Shown piece after piece: positions 11,587 to 24,976 of a stretch of 64,000 nt of DNA. The notes beneath the pieces are model-generated. The model worked only from the letters and a program-made list of their open reading frames with translations. It searched no databases and was not told the DNA's origin. This DNA is from Ranitomeya imitator (lineage: Eukaryota), in assembly GCF_032444005.1 (NCBI RefSeq), contig NC_091291.1, positions 80,538,001 to 80,602,000 on the forward strand. Direction: 5' to 3'. Position 1 is the first letter of the stretch. Every line of letters starts with the position of its first letter. The position numbers and the translations under genes are program-made.

Positions 11587-13098
11587 TGACCTGTGTAACT
11601 GCAGGACATGGCGATTGTGGAGAATTACCGTAAATGGCGCCCAATATTTTTTTCTTCCTTTTTTAAAGCCTTGTTTTAATTGTTGGACACTGGATCATCA
11701 TTTTTAAGAATATGAAGAGCAAGGAGAATATTTTTCTACTCATTGAGAAGGTCCATGGGCCTGTGAAGCTGTGAAAGGACATTGGTGTGTGACGACCCGC
11801 GATGTTGTCACCTGATCATTCCACCTGTTTTGTAACAAATGTTGGATGTGACGACTTTCACGTTTAGTTTTGTAGTTTTCCGTGCGTTGTCCGGTCATTT
11901 CACACAGTACGACGTTCAGCAATGTTGCTGTATTACGTGCCATTATTTCTCTAGGATTAAACCTGCTGTTAAGGACCAGTTTCTTACCATGTTTGTTTAA
12001 CCCTTGAAACAGATATTTCATTCCTTAAAGATGTTGTCCCATGCGCAGGATCCTTACTGTCTCATTACTGGGTCACAGCGGCTGGGATCTCTACTGATCA
12101 TGTGAACAAAGTCTCCTGTGTGATCTTGTAATGGAGCAGTGGTCACACACTCTGGATTGCTCGTTCTTAGAGGGGTGGTTGGAAGGCAATATAATTTCCT
12201 CCTAACTGCTTATCTATTTGATGCTATACTCTATTTTCTAATATGTTTGCTTTAAAAATTCCCTACTGCTCCCTGACTACACGGTAACAGCTGGTGTATT
12301 TCTTCTTCCTATTTCATGTGTGATGATATTGTTTGAGAATCACCAGTGCATGCTGGGATACTCAGGGAAGTGTCATCAGTAGGGTTGAGCAAAACGGATC
12401 GTTCATTTTCAAAAGTCCCCGACTTTTGGCAAAGTCGGGTTTCATGAAACCCGGACCCAATCCCTGTGTGGGGTCGGCCATGCGGTACGCGACTTTCGCG
12501 CCAAAGTCGCGTTTCGTATGACGTGCTTGGCGCCATTTTTTCAGCCAATGAAGGAGCGTGGGCAGAGTGATGACATAGGTCTTAGGGGCGTGGACGCCTA
12601 TCGTCATCTTGTCGCTTATGCACTGTAGCGATTTGAAATGTGTAACACCAGCTTTTCTGTTCGGGGACGGAGAGAGAGAGAGAGACACACAGAGCGCCCA
12701 CAGCCTACTCATCGAATCCGGGCGGCACCGACAGAACTACAAGCCCCGAGAGACCTGTGCAGAACACAGCAATATATGGTTAAAAGACACAGTGCCCCTA
12801 TTATAATCACAATTTGAACTCATACAATAGTATAATAATTTAAAAAATACTCTGTAAAAAGGGTGCGCTGTGCAGATTTCAGTGAATGAACCACTGATGT
12901 AAAGGGGTCAGAACACCTAACCACCACGAGATAGGAAATCACCAGGAAGTCATACAGCATATAGGATTAATAGTATGCCTTTATTTAAATGAAGTGGCAA
13001 TTTATACAAATAATAAAATGGATATTTTCATAAAAAGATTTTTGATAAAAACAAACAAAACGCAGGAACAATGCTATATGGTGCCCAAGACTACCTCA

Positions 13099-13135
<37 letters not shown>

Positions 13136-13194
13136 CACTTTATATGGGCATATAAACAACTCCTCCAGGATATATAATACCACTACTCACTGTG

Positions 13195-13252
<58 letters not shown>

Positions 13253-13888
13253 GTAAAAAAATATATATATGTGAAAAAATAAAAAATTTTTAAACTAAAA
13301 AGTCACATATGACCTATAAAAATGTGAATTGTTATGTGTGTGAAAACTCTAAAATGTTGAAATTTATGAAAAAACGACAGATTAGATACAATAAAAAAAT
13401 TGTGCATATAGAAATCTTTTATATAAAAGTAAAAAATAAAATAAGGTGCCAATAGTGATGTAAATACAATGACACAGCGAGGTATATTATCAGAATGGGA
13501 GAGTTGAAATAGCACCCTATATTCGAACGTGCCCTTATACAAATGACCATAAACAAGTACTCTCTATCAAAACATGCCCCAGTACATATAATTAAAAAGT
13601 AATACGCCCACAGCGAGATATAACCTTACATGAGGATTACTGCAACCACTCACTGTGAGATATGTGTACCACATATAGAGATTATAGCAGCATGCTTATA
13701 AAAGTGCCCAGGTGCTAATATAGCGTGCTCACACAGCAGAGTAGGATACTAAATGTCTGCTTACTGCATAAAGGAGTGCCCCACTATAGCCAGTTATTAT
13801 AGATAGATATCCATATGGGCAAATAATTGTAGCAGAGTGACATGTGGCAATACCTGAGAGATGAGGCTGGGTCCGGGACCTGCGTGCG

Positions 13889-13926
13889 CCCGACGCGCGT
13901 TTCGGAAATATTACCTTCGTCAGGGG
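13889..13926 (-). ncRNA. Minimal type-I hammerhead ribozyme, inverted copy
   Basis: Exact reverse complement of 24977-25014. Confidence 0.8.
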
Positions 13927-14988
13927 GTAGTGAGTGGAGATCCCAGAGGGGTATTTATAGGACTTTCACCGAGCGCTGCGTCCCGGGTACGTGCGGCGCA
14001 TGCGCAGTCTGGAGGTCGGCAACTTCCGGTCCCCGCATCACATGGTCTGTCAGCACAGGAGCGGAGTACCTGGCATGACATAGCAACCATGGATGCAGAG
14101 CGCCGGGACTCACCGACACGGGCCGGGCATGCGCACTACCAGGAGCGCAGTGTGGGAGAAGCGGTCCCAGACTGTAAGAGACAGGATAATACAAAATTGG
14201 GGAAATAAATATATAAATCTAACATAATACTTGGGGCTATCTTCTCCTTATGCCGGATAAGAGGGACATAGTTATATGGTGCTGCAGCAGTTTATATATA
14301 ATTCACTGCACCGTATAAATCCCAACAAATGTCATGTGCAATGTACGCCTTTGCTGGATGGATATGTGTAGTATAATAGCAATAATATATTACTCTGCTG
14401 TACCATATGTCCATGCATTACTACATCAAATCCGGTGTATTGCATGTACCTGTTCCAGCGTATAAAAACGTCATGTGTGCCATAATTGTAAGCACATGAT
14501 GACAAAAACACTGTGCCAAGCATATATGCGATTATACAAGATTATGTGAACCATAAAGGTAACAATATTATACTAAAATCATGTATAAATAGATCACCCA
14601 TAGCCATATGCCCAGTGATATAACACGGATATATACATAGCAATATAGAATACAGTTGTGCACCAGAGCAATACACCTTCTACAGATATTATGTGTTCTT
14701 ATTTTCTTCCTTCTTTGACTGTCATACAGATGATTGTAGGTTCCACCAGTGCATCAAGCCCTGCAGTCAAATCGTCCGACACACAAGCAAGAAAGCTCCA
14801 CATAGAATCCCAATCCATCAGTGGTAAGTGTATAGAAGCTACAAATATAAACGTAAAAATTAGGGATCGTAACATCACAGTTAAAAGAATAAAAATATAT
14901 TTTTTTAAAAGAATTTATTGAGGAAAAAATTTTTTTGTATCCATTAAAACACTTAAGAAAATAAAGTCTAAAAAGGTTTACAGGTAGG

Positions 14989-17900
14989 TTATAAAAAAGA
15001 AGCGAAACTGAGATTTTCGTTCAATCCTTTCGGTGACACCGTCCCTAAGGTCCATATCCATTTTGTTTCTTTTCTGGCTAAAGCTGTACTTATTTCACCC
15101 CCTCTCTCATTTATTTGAATCATGTCTATGCCGGTTACTCTCAACAAGGAGGCATCACAACCATGGTGCAATTTAAAATGTTTGGGAATCGTTTTTAAGG
15201 ACGAAATCTCCTCCACTTCTTTGGCAGCTAAAATTCCCAAAACATGCTCCCTGGTGCGTACTTTGAGTTGTCTAGTTGTCATCCCTATATACACCAGGGA
15301 GCATGGGCACGTGGCATGATAAATGACGGCTTTTGAGGTACAGGTGATGGTCTGTTTGATTTTATACAAAATAGTGCCATTATGATTACAAAAACTACTA
15401 GTTCTATTAATGTTGGTGCAAGCTACACATTGTCCACATGGCTTGCATCCCGGTATGGTTTTCGTATTTGTAAGAAAGGATTGTATTTCTGATTTGTAGG
15501 GATAATGACTTCTGACAAGTTGGTCCTTTAGATTTTTGGATCTGCGATATGTAATATTACATGTTTCCCCGATATATTGTGTTAAAAATCGGGTCAGTTT
15601 TTAAAATGGCCCAAGATTTGTTAATATATGTCCTCATTAACTCGGTTTGGCCATGGTATTGGGTGATATATCTCACTACCTTGTTGTTTTTCTGGGGTCT
15701 TGTCCCGTACAAAGCTTGATGTCTAGTTGTATGTTTAGCACGGTTATACCCCTTTTTCACTGACCGCTTGCTATATCCTCTTTCCAAGAACCTTTCTTTA
15801 AGGTCCATAGCCTGATTCTCAAAGTCTACTTCATTTGTACAGATTCTCCTTAGACGTAAAAATTGTCCTATTGGTATTGAATTAACCCCTTAGTGACCGA
15901 GCCAAATTTTTGAAATCTGACCAGTGTCACTTTATGTGGTAATAACTCTGCAACGCTTCAACAAATCCCAGTGATTTTGAGATTGTTTTTTCGTGACACA
16001 TTCTACTTTATGATAATGGTAAATTTAGTTCAACATTTTTTGTGTTTATTTATAAAAAAAATCAAAAATTTGAGAAAAATGTTAAAAAATTAGCAATTTT
16101 CTAAATTTGAATGATTATCCCTTTAATCCATATAGTCATACAACAGCAAACCATTAATAAATAACATTTCCCACATGTCTGCTTTACATCAGGACCATTT
16201 GTAAAATGTTATTTTATTTTGTTAGCATTTTAGGAGGTTTAAAAACGTAGCAGCAATTTTTCATTTTTTCAAAGAAATTTACAAAATTTATTTTTTTAGG
16301 GACTTATCCATGTTTGAAGTGACTTTAGGGGTCCCATATATTGGGAAACCCCCAAACGTGATACCATTTTAAAAACAGCACCCCTAAACATATTGAAAAC
16401 TGCTGTCAGGTAGTTTATTAACCCTTCAGGTGCTTTACAGGAATTAATGCAAAGTGGTATGACAGAAATTAAAATGTGTATTTTTACCACCTAAATATTG
16501 CTAACTTCTAAACAGATTACTACAGCCGTCAGACTCTAAGGCCGCTATATGGTCATGAATTGCCATGGCAAACATCAGGACCGCAAAATCATGATCTGAG
16601 GGCACCAATTGGGATAAAGAGGAAGCCCCCACGCTCTGTTAACCATTTATAATGATGTAGTCACTATTGACAGCAGCATCTAAGGGGTTAAACAGATTTA
16701 GAAGGTGCAAATACTGATCGTGGCTGGTGCAGCAAGTTGTCAGCTATAGTGTACAGCCGACAGATGATGGATTGGCATCTGTATGGGGATACTATTCTCT
16801 TATATCTAAGGTCAGTTAAAAGACGTATTGGCGGTCATTAAGGGGTTAATCATGGTTGGAGGGTGCGATGAAGAAGCATGTAGTAGTGCGTTCACCGCCG
16901 TAGATTTGCGAAAGATATTGGTATATAGGCAACCACTCTCATCCCTATATACACCCACATCCAAAAATTCCATAAAATCCGTGTCACATTTGTATGTTAA
17001 CCGGATATTTAGCTGATTCTGGTTCAGATGTTCCATAAAGTTATGTAGTGAGTCCTTAGTACCCTGCCAGACAAAAAATATGTCATCAATGAACCGCACC
17101 CATATCGGGATGCGGTCCATTGACGACTCAAGTCCGGCATGAAATAAGTCCCTCTCCCACAGCCCCAGGAACAGATTAGCATAAGATGGCGCAAAAGATG
17201 CGCCCATTGCTGTTCCCTGGAGCTGTAGGTAGAGGGACCCCTTAAAAAGAAAAAAATTTTTTGAAAGTGAAAATTCAAGTATTTGGACTATAAATTGTCT
17301 CATGGATGTGGGTATAACTGAGGAGTTTAAAAAATATTCCGTCGCCCGAACCCCATCGCTGTGGCGGATGTTCGTGTACAGACTCTCAACATCACAAGAC
17401 ACTAAAAGTGTGTCCTCTCCAATAAACAGGCCATCAATTTTTTTCAAAAATTCATTTGTCTTTTATAAAGGATGGTAAGCTCTCGACTAGGGGTTGTAAT
17501 TTTGAGTCAATGAATTTGTTAATTTTCTCCAAGTAATTCCCACATCCCGATATGATGGGTCTGCCAGGCGGTGTTTCTTGATTTTTATGGACCTTTGGTA
17601 ATAAATAAAAGGTCGGTACGGTTGGTTCAGGTACTTGAAGGGCTGTATATAGCTCCTTTGAAATGACCCCTATTTCCATGGCATCTTTTAATATCATCAA
17701 GAGTTCTGTTTTAAATTTCCCCAGGGGGTTGAATGTCAGTTTTTTATAGTAAATATCATCCCTCAACTGGCGAAATACCTCGGATTCATACATCTGCCTA
17801 GGCCAGATCACGATGTTACCCCCCTTGTCAGCCGGTTTTATTACCACATCATTTAATTGATCCAAATTTTTTAGAGCTAATTTCTCTTTTTTATTTAAAT

Positions 17901-19016
17901 TTTCAGCACAAGGAAAGCGTGGAATTTTATCAAATTCTCTGCTGACAGTTTTAACAAAGGTGTCAATGATGGGACAGGCTGACAAAGGGGGAACCTACGA
18001 GATCTCGGCCTAATGGATGAAGGGATCTTACCTCCCAATGGCTCGTTGTGCTCTTGGGCCAATTCCTCCAGGGTCTCTAGTGCCTCTTGCTCCGCCTCTG
18101 TGGGGAACAATTTGAATAGTTCTTCATTATGAAAGTGTTTTTTAAACATTAGTTTCCTGGCAAACAAATGTAGATCTTTGATAGCTATAAACTTATCAAA
18201 CTGTGCCGTGGGACAAAACGTAAGACCTTTTTTAAGAACATTAATTTCAGATTCAGTTAAAACATGATTACTCAAGTTAATCACCTTTAAATTATTATCA
18301 GCATTTGGTCGATAATTCCGTTTAGCCGGTGTATATCGAGGTTCACGTTTACGTTTTGGTGTAGACGCCATTGAGGCCAGAGTAGAGACAGAGGCGGATG
18401 AGGAGGCACCAGAGACATTCACCGGGGCAAGATTGGATGTTGTGGAATCAAAGCGGTCGCGTGTATTACCATCTTGTTGCTGCTTCCGCCACCTGTAAAT
18501 TTTTCCACTAGAGAAATCTCTTTGATCCCTTATTAATTTACTTTTCTGGGTGGTTTGGATATCTTTAATCCATTGGTCCATCTGTTTTTCAAGTAAACCA
18601 TCCATAGATGATAATTGTTCAGCTGATAAACAGTTCTTTGCTTTCACATATACTTCATCCAATAATTTATCAATATTGCTTATATTTTGGGAGTTATATT
18701 GAACCAACAATTCCATCAACTGCTTAGACGCAGTATTGCACACTCCTTCCCAGCTTTTTATAAAGCCCTCATCAGTAACAGGAAAAGCAGGCGTGACATG
18801 TATCCTTAATCCCCTAGGGATGAGTTGGTGTTGAATATAATTCTCTAGAAAAGCCTTACTCCACCAGGCCCTAGTTCTCTTGTACGTCAGATTTTTAATA
18901 TTTTTAAAAAGATCATCAAATTGCAAACCGTCTGTAACCACGATGTTCGTATTGCCATTTGAAAATACGGCATTGATCTGTCCCTGCCATGACAACTCTC
19001 TGGCTTTGAAATCCAT
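14989..19016 (-). pseudogene. Penelope/Neptune RT-GIY-YIG ORF, inverted copy, disrupted
   Basis: Same protein as the + copies. Private frameshifts: -1 at ~17992 and -2 at ~17459. Shared lesions: the MITE at 15886-16845 and the extra A at 15584-15588. Confidence 0.9.
15886..16845. mobile_element. 960-bp piggyBac-like MITE in the inverted Penelope copy
   Basis: TTAA at 15882-15885 and 16846-16849. TIR CCCCTTA(G/A)TGACC. Confidence 0.9.
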
Positions 19017-19472
19017 ATCCAGATGAAAAGGAAAAAGACCTGTGCAGAACACAGCAATATATGGTTAAAAGACACAGTGCCCCTATTATAATCACAATTT
19101 GAACTCATACAATAGTATAATAATTTAAAAAATACTCTATAAAAAGGGTGCGCTGTGCAGATTTCAGTGAATGAACCACTGATGTAAAGGGGTCAGAACA
19201 CCTAACCACCACGAGATAGGAAATCACCAGGAAGTCATACAGCATATAGGATTAATAGTATGCCTTTATTTAAATGAAGTGGCAATTTATACAAATAATA
19301 AAATGGATATTTTCATAAAAAGATTTTTGATAAAAACAAACAAAACGCAGGAACAATGCTATATGGTGCCCAAGACTACCTCAAAAATATATATATATAT
19401 ATATGTATCACTTTATATGGGCATATAAACAACTCCTCCAGGATATATAATACCACTACTCACTGTGTCATG

Positions 19473-19474
<2 letters not shown>

Positions 19475-19552
<78 letters not shown>
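19475..19552. repeat. (TA)n microsatellite in the Penelope non-coding region (also 13197-13247, 25666-25730, 31964-31988)
   Basis: About 39 repeats here, and about 25, 32 and 12 in the other copies. Confidence 0.95.
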
Positions 19553-19558
<6 letters not shown>

Positions 19559-19883
19559 GTAAAAAAATATATATATGTGAAAAAATAAAAAATCCATTTT
19601 ATTATTTGTATAAATTGCCACTTCATTTAAATAAAGGCATACTATTAATCCTATATGCTGTATGACTTCCTGGTGATTTCCTATCTCGTGGTGGTTAGGT
19701 GTTCTGACCCCTTTACATCAGTGGTTCATTCACTGAAATCTGCACAGCGCACCCTTTTTATAGAGTATTTTTTAAATTATTATACTATTGTATGAGTTCA
19801 AATTGTGATTATAATAGGGGCACTGTGTCTTTTAACCATATATTGCTGTGTTCTGCACAGGTCTTTTTCCTTTTCATCTGGAT

Positions 19884-22800
19884 ATGGATTTCAAAGCCAG
19901 AGAGTTGTCATGGCAGGGACAGATCAATGCCGTATTTTCAAATGGCAATACGAACATCGTGGTTACAGACGGTTTGCAATTTGATGATCTTTTTAAAAAT
20001 ATTAAAAATCTGACGTACAAGAGAACTAGGGCCTGGTGGAGTAAGGCTTTTCTAGAGAATTATATTCAACACCAACTCATCCCTAGGGGATTAAGGATAC
20101 ATGTCACGCCTGCTTTTCCTGTTACTGATGAGGGCTTTATAAAAAGCTGGGAAGGAGTGTGCAATACTGCGTCTAAGCAGTTGATGGAATTGTTGGTTCA
20201 ATATAACTCCCAAAATATAAGCAATATTGATAAATTATTGGATGAAGTATATGTGAAAGCAAAGAACTGTTTATCAGCTGAACAATTATCATCTATGGAT
20301 GGTTTACTTGAAAAACAGATGGACCAATGGATTAAAGATATCCAAACCACCCAGAAAAGTAAATTAATAAGGGATCAAAGAGATTTCTCTAGTGGAAAAA
20401 TTTACAGGTGGCGGAAGCAGCAACAAGATGGTAATACACGCGACCGCTTTGATTCCACAACATCCGATCTTGCCCCGGTGAATGTCTCTGGTGCCTCCTC
20501 ATCCGCCTCTGTCTCTACTCTGGCCTCAATGGCGTCTACACCAAAACGTAAACGTGAACCTCGATATACACCGGCTAAACGGAATTATCGACCAAATGCT
20601 GATAATAATTTAAAGGTGATTAACTTGAGTAATCATGTTTTAACTGAATCTGAAATTAATGTTCTTAAAAAAGGTCTTACGTTTTGTCCCACGGCACAGT
20701 TTGATAAGTTTATAGCTATCAAAGATCTACATTTGTTTGCCAGGAAACTAATGTTTAAAAAACACTTTCATAATGAAGAACTATTCAAATTGTTCCCCAC
20801 AGAGGCGGAGCAAGAGGCACTAGAGACCCTGGAGGAATTGGCCCAAGAGCACAACGAGCCATTGGGAGGTAAGATCCCTTCATCCATTAGGCCGAGATCT
20901 CGTAGGTTTCCCCCTTTGTCAGCCTGTCCCATCATTGACACCTTTGTTAAAACTGTCAGCAGAGAATTTGATAAAATTCCACGCTTTCCTTGTGCTGAAA
21001 ATTTAAATAAAAAAGAGAAATTAGCTCTAAAAAATTTGGATCAATTAAATGATGTGGTAATAAAACCGGCTGACAAGGGGGGTAACATCGTGATCTGGCC
21101 TAGGCAGATGTATGAATCCGAGGTATTTCGCCAGTTGAGGGATGATATTTACTATAAAAAACTGACATTCAACCCCCTGGGGAAATTTAAAACAGAACTC
21201 TTGATGATATTAAAAGATGCCATGGAAATAGGGGTCATTTCAAAGGAGCTATATACAGCCCTTCAAGTACCTGAACCAACCGTACCGACCTTTTATTTAT
21301 TACCAAAGGTCCATAAAAATCAAGAAACACCGCCTGGCAGACCCATCATATCGGGATGTGGGAATTACTTGGAGAAAATTAACAAATTCATTGACTCAAA
21401 ATTACAACCCCTAGTCGAGAGCTTACCATCCTTTATAAAAGACACAAATGAATTTTTGAAAAAAATTGATGGCCTGTTTATTGGAGAGGACACACTTTTA
21501 GTGTCTTGTGATGTTGAGAGTCTGTACACGAACATCCGCCACAGCGATGGGGTTCGGGCGACGGAATATTTTTTAAACTCCTCAGTTATACCCACATCCA
21601 TGAGACAATTTATAGTCCAAATACTTGAATTTTCACTTTCAAAAAATTTTTTTCTTTTTAAGGGGTCCCTCTACCTACAGCTCCAGGGAACAGCAATGGG
21701 CGCATCTTTTGCGCCATCTTATGCTAATCTGTTCCTGGGGCTGTGGGAGAGGGACTTATTTCATGCCGGACTTGAGTCGTCAATGGACCGCATCCCGATA
21801 TGGGTGCGGTTCATTGATGACATATTTTTTGTCTGGCAGGGTACTAAGGACTCACTACATAACTTTATGGAACATCTGAACCAGAATCAGCTAAATATCC
21901 GGTTAACATACAAATGTGACACGGATTTTATGGAATTTTTGGATGTGGGTGTATATAGGGATGAGAGTGGTTGCCTATATACCAATATCTTTCGCAAATC
22001 TACGGCGGTGAACGCACTACTACATGCTTCTTCATCGCACCCTCCAACCATGATTAACCCCTTAATGACCGCCAATACGTCTTTTAACTGACCTTAGATA
22101 TAAGAGAATAGTATCCCCATACAGATGCCAATCCATCATCTGTCGGCTGTACACTATAGCTGACAACTTGCTGCACCAGCCACGATCAGTATTTGCACCT
22201 TCTAAATCTGTTTAACCCCTTAGATGCTGCTGTCAATAGTGACTACATCATTATAAATGGTTAACAGAGCGTGGGGGCTTCCTCTTTATCCCAATTGGTG
22301 CCCTCAGATCATGATTTTGCGGTCCTGATGTTTGCCATGGCAATTCATGACCATATAGCGGCCTTAGAGTCTGACGGCTGTAGTAATCTGTTTAGAAGTT
22401 AGCAATATTTAGGTGGTAAAAATACACATTTTAATTTCTGTCATACCACTTTGCATTAATTCCTGTAAAGCACCTGAAGGGTTAATAAACTACCTGACAG
22501 CAGTTTTCAATATGTTTAGGGGTGCTGTTTTTAAAATGGTATCACGTTTGGGGGTTTCCCAATATATGGGACCCCTAAAGTCACTTCAAACATGGATAAG
22601 TCCCTAAAAAAATAAATTTTGTAAATTTCTTTGAAAAAATGAAAAATTGCTGCTACGTTTTTAAACCTCCTAAAATGCTAACAAAATAAAATAACATTTT
22701 ACAAATGGTCCTGATGTAAAGCAGACATGTGGGAAATGTTATTTATTAATGGTTTGCTGTTGTATGACTATATGGATTAAAGGGATAATCATTCAAATTT

Positions 22801-23914
22801 AGAAAATTGCTAATTTTTTAACATTTTTCTCAAATTTTTGATTTTTTTTATAAATAAACACAAAAAATGTTGAACTAAATTTACCATTATCATAAAGTAG
22901 AATGTGTCACGAAAAAACAATCTCAAAATCACTGGGATTTGTTGAAGCGTTGCAGAGTTATTACCACATAAAGTGACACTGGTCAGATTTCAAAAATTTG
23001 GCTCGGTCACTAAGGGGTTAATTCAATACCAATAGGACAATTTTTACGTCTAAGGAGAATCTGTACAAATGAAGTAGACTTTGAGAATCAGGCTATGGAC
23101 CTTAAAGAAAGGTTCTTGGAAAGAGGATATAGCAAGCGGTCAGTGAAAAAGGGGTATAACCGTGCTAAACATACAACTAGACATCAAGCTTTGTACGGGA
23201 CAAGACCCCAGAAAAACAACAAGGTAGTGAGATATATCACCCAATACCATGGCCAAACCGAGTTAATGAGGACATATATTAACAAATCTTGGGCCATTTT
23301 AAAAACTGACCCGATTTTTAACACAATATATCGGGGAAACATGTAATATTACATATCGCAGATCCAAAAATCTAAAGGACCAACTTGTCAGAAGTCATTA
23401 TCCCTACAAATCAGAAATACAATCCTTTCTTACAAATACGAAAACCATACCGGGATGCAAGCCATGTGGACAATGTGTAGCTTGCACCAACATTAATAGA
23501 ACTAGTAGTTTTTGTAATCATAATGGCACTATTTTGTATAAAATCAAACAGACCATCACCTGTACCTCAAAAGCCGTCATTTATCATGCCACGTGCCCAT
23601 GCTCCCTGGTGTATATAGGGATGACAACTAGACAACTCAAAGTACGCACCAGGGAGCATGTTTTGGGAATTTTAGCTGCCAAAGAAGTGGAGGAGATTTC
23701 GTCCTTAAAAACGATTCCCAAACATTTTAAATTGCACCATGGTTGTGATGCCTCCTTGTTGAGAGTAACCGGCATAGACATGATTCAAATAAATGAGAGA
23801 GGGGGTGAAATAAGTACAGCTTTAGCCAGAAAAGAAACAAAATGGATATGGACCTTAGGGACGGTGTCACCGAAAGGATTGAACGAAAATCTCAGTTTCG
23901 CTTCTTTTTTATAA
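19884..23914 (+). pseudogene. Penelope/Neptune-type RT + Cys linker + GIY-YIG endonuclease ORF, copy 1 (reconstructs to 1021 aa)
   Basis: Starts MDFKARE. RT motifs LLPKVHK..PGRPIISG, CDVESLYTNI, QGTAMGASFAP, RFIDDIF, FLDV. Then SIPIGQFLRLRRIC, CKPCGQCVAC, VIY..YIGMT..RTREH, KETKWI and PKGLNE. Broken by a MITE at 22058-23017 and an extra T at 23315-23319. The RT-side ORF 19884-22091 is open. Confidence 0.93.
22058..23017. mobile_element. 960-bp piggyBac-like MITE in Penelope copy 1
   Basis: TTAA at 22054-22057 and 23018-23021. Ends CCCCTTAATGACC...GGTCACTAAGGGG. Removing it restores ATG ATT AAT TCA ATA CCA (M-I-N-S-I-P) in frame. Confidence 0.92.
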
Positions 23915-24767
23915 CCTACCTGTAAACCTTTTTAGACTTTATTTTCTTAAGTGTTTTAATGGATACAAAAAAATTTTTTCCTCAATAAATTCTTTTAAAA
24001 AAATATATTTTTATTCTTTTAACTGTGATGTTACGATCCCTAATTTTTACGTTTATATTTGTAGCTTCTATACACTTACCACTGATGGATTGGGATTCTA
24101 TGTGGAGCTTTCTTGCTTGTGTGTCGGACGATTTGACTGCAGGGCTTGATGCACTGGTGGAACCTACAATCATCTGTATGACAGTCAAAGAAGGAAGAAA
24201 ATAAGAACACATAATATCTGTAGAAGGTGTATTGCTCTGGTGCACAACTGTATTCTATATTGCTATGTATATATCCGTGTTATATCACTGGGCATATGGC
24301 TATGGGTGATCTATTTATACATGATTTTAGTATAATATTGTTACCTTTATGGTTCACATAATCTTGTATAATCGCATATATGCTTGGCACAGTGTTTTTG
24401 TCATCATGTGCTTACAATTATGGCACACATGACGTTTTTATACGCTGGAACAGGTACATGCAATACACCGGATTTGATGTAGTAATGCATGGACATATGG
24501 TACAGCAGAGTAATATATTATTGCTATTATACTACACATATCCATCCAGCAAAGGCGTACATTGCACATGACATTTGTTGGGATTTATACGGTGCAGTGA
24601 ATTATATATAAACTGCTGCAGCACCATATAACTATGTCCCTCTTATCCGGCATAAGGAGAAGATAGCCCCAAGTATTATGTTAGATTTATATATTTATTT
24701 CCCCAATTTTGTATTATCCTGTCTCTTACAGTCTGGGACCGCTTCTCCCACACTGCGCTCCTGGTAG

Positions 24768-24976
24768 TGCGCATGCCCGGCCCGTGTCGGTGAGTCCCGG
24801 CGCTCTGCATCCATGGTTGCTATGTCACGCCAGGTACTCCGCTCCTGTGCTGACAGACCATGTGATGCGGGGACCGGAAGTTGCCGACCTCCAGACTGCG
24901 CATGCGCCGCACGTACCCGGGACGCAGCGCTCGGTGAAAGTCCTATAAATACCCCTCTGGGATCTCCACTCACTAC
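24768..24976 (+). promoter_or_regulatory. Putative Penelope pLTR Pol II promoter (other copies at 31068-31276 + and 13927-14135 -)
   Basis: ACCGGAAGT (ETS) at 24873-24881, TGCGCATGCGC (NRF1) at 24897-24907, TATAAATA at 24944-24951. Inr-like TCACT has its A at 24972, 28 nt after the first T of the TATA box. Confidence 0.65.

Noticed and set aside
20125-20160. CTGATGA inside the RT ORF as another hammerhead core
   Set aside because: No helix II followed by GAAA and no helix III or NUH site can be formed downstream.
22058-23017. The MITE as a spliceable intron that restores the Penelope ORF in RNA
   Set aside because: There is no GT donor at or near the left boundary that would give in-frame removal, and the downstream +1 frameshift would remain.
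23311-23346. Programmed ribosomal frameshift at ATTTTTA
   Set aside because: The needed shift is +1, not -1. Penelope ORFs are normally continuous here, and deleting one T gives a clean reading, so a mutation is the simpler explanation.
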